Shown: in pieces, positions 25,027 to 29,673 of the stretch
Layout: each line of letters starts with the position of its first letter
How positions within the stretch are numbered: position 1 is the stretch's first letter
Assembly (NCBI GenBank): GCA_042408635.1
Contig: JBHOQZ010000606.1
Span: 1 to 29,673 of the forward strand
Reading direction: 5' to 3'
Length of the DNA: 29,673 nt
DNA from: Chloroflexota bacterium
GTDB lineage: Bacteria; Chloroflexota; UBA6077; FW602-bin22; JBHOQZ01
The notes under the pieces: generated by a model
Told to the model about the DNA's origin: nothing
Database searches by the model: none
What the model saw: only the letters and a program-made list of their open reading frames with translations
Translations under genes and position numbers: made by a program

Positions 25027-25268
25027 GTGCGTCCTCCCTGATGCCCGCTGCTCTCCCCTGACTCGACCGCGACCATGACCTCGGTAGCCTTGACGACAGC
25101 AGTAACCGGCTGACCAGTCGCTAGCCCGAGCGAGCGGGCCGCCGCGGCGGTAATCACCGCCACGATCTCCTGCCCCTGGCCGAGGTCGATCACCACCTCG
25201 GCCATCAGGTCACCGACCTCGATTGCCTTGACAGTGCCCGCGAGCTGGTTGCGCGCGCTCAGCCGCAT
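24993..25268 (-). CDS. mop: Molbindin/TOBE molybdate-binding protein
   Basis: MRLSARNQLAGTV...AVIT...LGL..G..VTAVVKATEVMV; a tail of about 20 aa overlaps the next gene. Confidence 0.92.
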   Translation of the reverse strand: MRLSARNQLAGTVKAIEVGDLMAEVVIDLGQGQEIVAVITAAAARSLGLATGQPVTAVVKATEVMVAVESGESSGHQGGRTCGSRGQAGDG

Positions 25269-25915
25269 GCCACTACCTCCGTATTGTCAGCTGGGGTCGT
25301 CGCTGCGCCGCCCACCGTGCCCGGCGGCGCGCTCGGAGCCCGCGCCGCGCCCGGCCCAGCCGGCGCGAGCAGCAACTGCTCATGCCGGTCGAGCGTGCGC
25401 TCCAGCCAGGCGATCGTGGCTCGGGTGGCGGCCAGGCGCATCTCGCGCACCATGAGGCGGTAGCTGCCCGGCGGCAGCGCAGCGATCTCGCGCTCGAGCC
25501 CGGCGACCCAGCTCCGGGCCGCCGCAAGCTGGCGCTCGACGAGCGCGGCCGTGTCGTGCTCGGGAAGCTGCCGCGAGAGGTAGAGCTTGAGCAGAAACTC
25601 GATCCGCACGTCGCGGTTGTGCGCGACCGGCGCGTCGAGCCACCGGCGCAGCTCCGCTTCGCCGGCCGGGGTGATCCGGTAGACGGTGCGCGGCGGCCGC
25701 GCGCCCTGGGGCACGAGCGTGCCCTCGATGTAGCCGAGCCCTTCGAGCCGCTTGAGGTGCGTATAGAGGAGGCTCATGTGGAGGCGAAACACGTCGCCGA
25801 GTTCGCCGGTGGGAGCGAAAAGCTCCGCCAGCTCGTAGCCGTGCCGGGGTCGTACCTGGAGCAGCCCGAGCAGGGCGTGCTCCGCCGGCCCGAGCGACTG
25901 CGCCCGCCGCATCAC
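25259..25915 (-). CDS. PadR-family transcriptional regulator with AphA-like C-terminal helical domain
   Basis: HALLGLLQVRPRHGYEL, LYTHLKRLEGLGYIE, RPPRTVYRITPAGEAELRRWL, RIEFLLKLY. Confidence 0.92.
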   Translation of the reverse strand: MMRRAQSLGPAEHALLGLLQVRPRHGYELAELFAPTGELGDVFRLHMSLLYTHLKRLEGLGYIEGTLVPQGARPPRTVYRITPAGEAELRRWLDAPVAHNRDVRIEFLLKLYLSRQLPEHDTAALVERQLAAARSWVAGLEREIAALPPGSYRLMVREMRLAATRATIAWLERTLDRHEQLLLAPAGPGAARAPSAPPGTVGGAATTPADNTEVVACG

Positions 25916-25928
25916 CCACTCCTCAATC

Positions 25929-25974
25929 TCTGAATACTCCAGACCATTATTGGTCCGATCGCCCGCCGCGTCAA
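25929..25974 (-). promoter_or_regulatory. Promoter TTGACG-17 bp-AATAAT with dyads GACCA-TTAT-TGGTC (25942-25955) and TCTG-N7-CAGA (25929-25943); candidate PadR operator
   Basis: -35 is the complement of 25969-25974 and -10 the complement of 25946-25951; the first dyad overlaps the -10. Confidence 0.65.
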
Positions 25975-26167
25975 GCGGAGCCGAGCGCGAGATAGAGACG
26001 GTGGTGCGGGACTGTGTGGCTACTGTTGGCAGGTGCGACCGTGTTCCGGTCGGCGGGCGGGGCGCGGCCGCTCGGGGCTCATGGCGATGGCCAAGCTAAC
26101 CGTCAAGTGAGTCGGCGGGCTCAAGCCCGCGCGAAGGTTACCGCAATGCTTACCCCCGGCCGGTTGG

Positions 26168-27463
26168 CTACGGCTGCTGGCCGCGGACGATCTGGCCGAG
26201 CTCGCGCATCGGGCCGGCAAGCGGGCTGGTGCGGCGCTCCTCCTCGGTCAGCGGCGCCGTCTGGGCGACGGTGTAGCCGTAGGCGGGGTAGCTAGGGATC
26301 TCCTCGTCGTGCAGGGCGCGCATCGCCTGCTTGCGCTGCAGCGCCGCCTCGACGTAGGGCGCCAGCCTCTCCGCCTTGCGCGCCTGGCGCTCGGCCTCCT
26401 GCTCCTTGAACTCGGGCATCACGGCGGAGGCGAACAGCTCGAGCGACTCGCAGATGTGGTCGTGCCGGTTCTTGCCGCACTGCTGGATGAAGATCGTCTG
26501 ATCGACGCCGGCCTCGGCCAGGCGGCGCAGGTGCCGGCGCAGGTCGTCGGGCGTGCCGATCCCCTGAGTGCCGCCCTCGACGCTCTCCGGCAGCCGGTCG
26601 CGCAGCGCCCAATACTGCTCCCAGAGGTTGGTGCGCCCCGGCGTGTGCATGCCGAAGACATAGTAGTGGCCGAGCGCGAAGCGGAAGAAGCGGAAGCCGT
26701 CGAGGCCGCGCCGCCGCGCCTCCTCGGCGTCGCGGTGGCAGGAGAAACTGGTGACCATCGCCACGTTGGGGTTGACGGTGTGGCCGATCGGCACGCACTC
26801 GCGCTTGAACGTCTCGTAGTAGTCCTCGACCCAGGTGCGCGCCTCATCGGGATCGACGAAGGCGAAGGTGAGCGCGCCGATGCCGAGCTGCGCTGCCAGG
26901 TGGATCGTCCTGCGGTTCGAACAGGCGACCCAGAGCGGCGGGTGCGGCCGCTGCACCGGCTTGGGCACGATGTTGCGGCAGGGCATGGAGAAATACTGCC
27001 CCTGGTAGCCGGGGTAGGGGTCCATGGCGAGCATGTTCGCGGTCTGCTCGACCGCCTCGCGCCACATCGCGCGCCGCTCGTTCGGGTCGAGGTTGAACCC
27101 CTCGATCTCGGTGCGCGAGGCCGACTCGCCGGTGCCCCAGTCGACGCGCCCGTTCGAGACGAGGTCGAGCGTGGCGATCCGCTCGGCGACGCGCGCCGGC
27201 GGGTTGTAGGCGGGCGGCATCAGCACGATGCCGTGGCCGAGCCGGATCTGCTTCGTCCGCTGCGAGCAGGCGGCGAGGAACACCTCGGGCGCGGAGGAGT
27301 GCGAATACTCCTCGAGGAAGTGGTGCTCGACCTCCCACACGTGATCGAAGCCGAGTCGGTCGGCCAGCTCCACCTGGTCGAGCGCCTCCTGAAAGAGCTG
27401 CCGCTCGCCGTCCTCCGTCCAGGGGCGCGGGTACTGATGCTCGTAGAAGATGCCGAACTTCAT
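26168..27463 (-). CDS. LLM-class flavin-dependent monooxygenase
   Basis: MKFGIFYE, ADRLGFDHVWEVEHHF, PEVFLAACSQRTKQIRLGHG, RVAERIATLDLVSNGR, PKPVQRPHPPLW. Confidence 0.92.
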   Translation of the reverse strand: MKFGIFYEHQYPRPWTEDGERQLFQEALDQVELADRLGFDHVWEVEHHFLEEYSHSSAPEVFLAACSQRTKQIRLGHGIVLMPPAYNPPARVAERIATLDLVSNGRVDWGTGESASRTEIEGFNLDPNERRAMWREAVEQTANMLAMDPYPGYQGQYFSMPCRNIVPKPVQRPHPPLWVACSNRRTIHLAAQLGIGALTFAFVDPDEARTWVEDYYETFKRECVPIGHTVNPNVAMVTSFSCHRDAEEARRRGLDGFRFFRFALGHYYVFGMHTPGRTNLWEQYWALRDRLPESVEGGTQGIGTPDDLRRHLRRLAEAGVDQTIFIQQCGKNRHDHICESLELFASAVMPEFKEQEAERQARKAERLAPYVEAALQRKQAMRALHDEEIPSYPAYGYTVAQTAPLTEEERRTSPLAGPMRELGQIVRGQQP

Positions 27464-27833
27464 CGCCTTTCCACCACTCCAATGCCCGGCCGGGCGGCCC
27501 CCTTACCCCAAGCCCGAGGGGACCGGCTGGGATGCGGGGGAACGCCCCCTTGAACTCTAGCCCCCAAGGCCTGGGGGAAGCGCCGGCCGGCTACGCCGGC
27601 CGGCCTCTCCGCACTCTAGCAGAGCGCGGCCACGGCCGCGACGAACGGTCGGTTGTCCCGCCTGCCCGCGTCGGGCCTGACGGCTCGATCCGACACCCGT
27701 CTCGGGCCGGCTGATGGCCGGGCGAGCCGCGGTGGGACGTCGGGCCGGGCGCCAAGGGGGTGTGGCTGGCTGCCCGGGCCGCGCCGGCCGATCGGGTCGC
27801 GGGTCGAGGTTCGGGCCGCTGAAGTATCGGGAT

Positions 27834-29048
27834 TCAGCCGGGCTGGGCCGATGGAGACGGGGCGGGCGGCTGGTCGGTGTGCAACGCCCGATCCAGCTCG
27901 GGCCGGTGTGGCGGGTCGACACCGGCTCGCGCGCAGGCGAGGCCGGCCGCGGCGGCGGCGAAGCGGCCGCAGGCGGTCAGGTCGTCCCGGCCGAGCGCAC
28001 GCAACCCGGCCCGATCCGCGACGCCGCGCTCGAGCAGCGCCACCAGGAGACCGGCGGCGAAGACGTCGCCTGCCCCCACCGTGTCGACGACCGGCACGCG
28101 GTGCGCCGGCACGTCCACGCGGGCCCGTCCGCTCAGCAGCATCGCTCCGGCCGCGCCGCGCGTGAGCGCCACGAGCCCGGCGCCCCGGTCAAGGAGGCGC
28201 CGGGCGGCCGCCTCGGGCGCGAGCTCCGGGCAGAGCCAGGCGCAGTCGGCCACGCTCAGTTTGACGAGATCGGCGAGTCCGACGAGGCGGTCGAGCCGCG
28301 CTCGGTAGGCGGACACGTCCGCACCGCGCAAGAGGGCCGGCCGCGGGTTCGGGTCGAAGGAGAGGAGCGCGCGCCCGGCCAGCCGCTCGACCGCGGCCTC
28401 GACCGCGGCTGGCGTCTCGCCGCGCAGCAGGCTGATCCCACCGAAGTGGAGCGCGGCCGTCCGGTCGAGGAGCGAGGTGGACAGGTCCTCCAGCCGCAGC
28501 CGGGTGTCGGCCGCCCCCTCGCCGTAGAAGGTGAAGGCGGGCTCACCCGCGTCGTCGGCTACGAAGGCGAGGGTCGAGGGGGCGTCGATGTCGAGCAGGC
28601 CGGCGACGTCGACGCCCTCGGCTTCGAGGTGGCGGCGCAGGCGGCGGCCGAAGTAGTCGGTCGAGACGCGCCCGATGAAGGCGGTGGGCCAGCCGAGGCG
28701 CGCGGTGCCGACCGCCACGTTGGCCGGCGCGCCGCCCGGCCAGGCGCCGAAGGCGACCGGCCCGGCCAGACTCCCCGGTGCCTCCTGTGAGCGCGCAGGC
28801 CCGGTCGCCCGGTCCATGCCCGGGCCGGTGGTGGGTGGCAGGCCGCGCCCGGCGTCCGAACCGGTCCCCGGCGCGCGGCTGAGCCCGGCCACGGCTTGCG
28901 GATCGTCCAGCGGGGCAGGCGGGGTTGCCGGCCCCGCCCCGGCCGCGGCAAGGGGCAGCGGCAGGAAGTCGACGAGCACCTCCCCGATGCACGTCAACGG
29001 GGGCCGGCGGCCGAGCCGGGCACAGGGCTGGGGGTGTGACTGAGGCAC
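27834..29048 (-). CDS. PfkB-family carbohydrate kinase (fructokinase-like) with a long N-terminal insertion
   Basis: CIGEVLVDF, PGGAPANVAVGTARLG, FDPNPRP, DLVKLS, VDTVGAGDVFAAG; GGGAGG before GTG 29048. Confidence 0.92.
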   Translation of the reverse strand: MPQSHPQPCARLGRRPPLTCIGEVLVDFLPLPLAAAGAGPATPPAPLDDPQAVAGLSRAPGTGSDAGRGLPPTTGPGMDRATGPARSQEAPGSLAGPVAFGAWPGGAPANVAVGTARLGWPTAFIGRVSTDYFGRRLRRHLEAEGVDVAGLLDIDAPSTLAFVADDAGEPAFTFYGEGAADTRLRLEDLSTSLLDRTAALHFGGISLLRGETPAAVEAAVERLAGRALLSFDPNPRPALLRGADVSAYRARLDRLVGLADLVKLSVADCAWLCPELAPEAAARRLLDRGAGLVALTRGAAGAMLLSGRARVDVPAHRVPVVDTVGAGDVFAAGLLVALLERGVADRAGLRALGRDDLTACGRFAAAAAGLACARAGVDPPHRPELDRALHTDQPPAPSPSAQPG

Positions 29049-29243
29049 GGTCACCTCCCAGCGCCCAGGCGGATTCGGATGGCGCGTTGCGCAACACACA
29101 CGGGGTAATGATAGCGCCCCGCGTTTGCGCTACACGCTCCCCGTCGCTACACTGACCGCCGGCCGTGGCCCGGCCCCCGGCGGTGTAGCCCGGCCGGTTC
29201 GGACCGGTGCCGGCCCAGGAGCACGCGCAACGGGGGCAGCAGC

Positions 29244-29673
29244 TTGGCGGACCCAGCGCAGACCCGCACCCCTCACCGGCGCGCCCGACACCTGCGCGGC
29301 GCCTGCGCGCTCGCCGTGGCAGTCGCCCTCCTCGAGACCCCAGGACTGGCCGCCGCCTCCGCCGTCGACCGCTTCCCGGCAACCGGGGCCGCTGGCCTGC
29401 CGCCCGCGCAGGTCGGCGGCGCGCTTGATGCGGGCGTGGCGGACCGCCGCCCGGTTCGGGTAGCAGGGAACCCATCGGGCTGGGTCGACGCGCTCACGGG
29501 CGCACCTCTCGCCTCCACCGGGGTGAAGGGTGCCACACCGGCGGGCCCGCAACCTGCGCCCACGGCCACGCCGACGCCGCGCCGGCCCCGCGACGAGGCG
29601 GAACCGGCCCCACCACCGGCCACGGCCACGGCACCGGCGCCGGCGCCCCCGACGGCCACCGTCGCACCCACTC
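29244..29673 (+). CDS. Secreted Pro/Thr/Ala-rich protein, truncated by the window edge; start uncertain
   Basis: My translation from TTG 29244: ...HRRARHLRGACALAVAVALLETPGLAAAS (signal-like)...PQPAPTATPTPRR...PAPPTATVAPT, open to the end. Not in the supplied ORF track. Confidence 0.6.
   Translation, partial: MADPAQTRTPHRRARHLRGACALAVAVALLETPGLAAASAVDRFPATGAAGLPPAQVGGALDAGVADRRPVRVAGNPSGWVDALTGAPLASTGVKGATPAGPQPAPTATPTPRRPRDEAEPAPPPATATAPAPAPPTATVAPT

Noticed and set aside
25916-25945. Moco/Tuco riboswitch ahead of the mod operon
   Set aside because: The predicted promoter leaves only about 25 nt of leader, too short for the aptamer.
16571-28790. Long antisense or alternate-frame ORFs 16571-17614, 17589-18740, 18563-19879, 21222-22154, 26309-27553 and 27714-28790
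   Set aside because: Shadows of real genes, rich in Arg/Gly/Ala/Pro, with no domains.
1-29673. tRNA, rRNA, integrase, phage or anti-phage defence genes
   Set aside because: None recognised on either strand by eye; tRNAscan-SE, Rfam and DefenseFinder would confirm.

Overview
A GC-rich bacterial window. A Chloroflexota-like host is my inference, from a PTATP-rich secreted protein, an F420-type LLM enzyme and a 7TM-PAS-GGDEF protein. It carries about 27 coding regions or remnants; I recognise no rRNA, tRNA or CRISPR array. Layout: (1) 3-218, the tail of a LuxR-type HTH gene broken by an in-frame TAG, then a repeat-rich intergenic region. (2) 653-5008, a + strand cluster: FAD/BBE oxidoreductase, secreted DUF5602/TTHB210-like protein, F420-type LLM oxidoreductase, GNAT. 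(3) 5150-7034, an aldose dehydrogenase-like AKR plus a sugar-lactonase-like amidohydrolase, converging on a class III aminotransferase. (4) About 8580-15890, an island with visibly more A/T-ending codons. It starts with a decayed IS5-family transposase and holds an unusual mercury-resistance operon: a 17-bp-spacer promoter, a decayed transporter-like gene, a thioredoxin-fold lipoprotein lacking the cis-Pro, ccdA, an HMA-fold protein with vicinal CC, a CmtR-like ArsR repressor, merT-like, merE-like, a second TlpA, two small Cys-containing membrane ORFs and merA. (5) A degenerate GGDEF sensor, a RibD-C reductase with a hairpin-dense leader, a serine hydrolase, and an S9 peptidase with in-frame palindromic repeats. 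(6) A molybdate operon, PadR-mop-(Cys-free Mo-oxidoreductase-fold protein)-modA-modB, with no modC. (7) An LLM monooxygenase, a PfkB kinase and a truncated secreted protein. The strongest candidate for an under-described system is the mer operon coupled to a CcdA/thioredoxin extracytoplasmic thiol module. All calls come from motif recognition by eye; no database searches were run.
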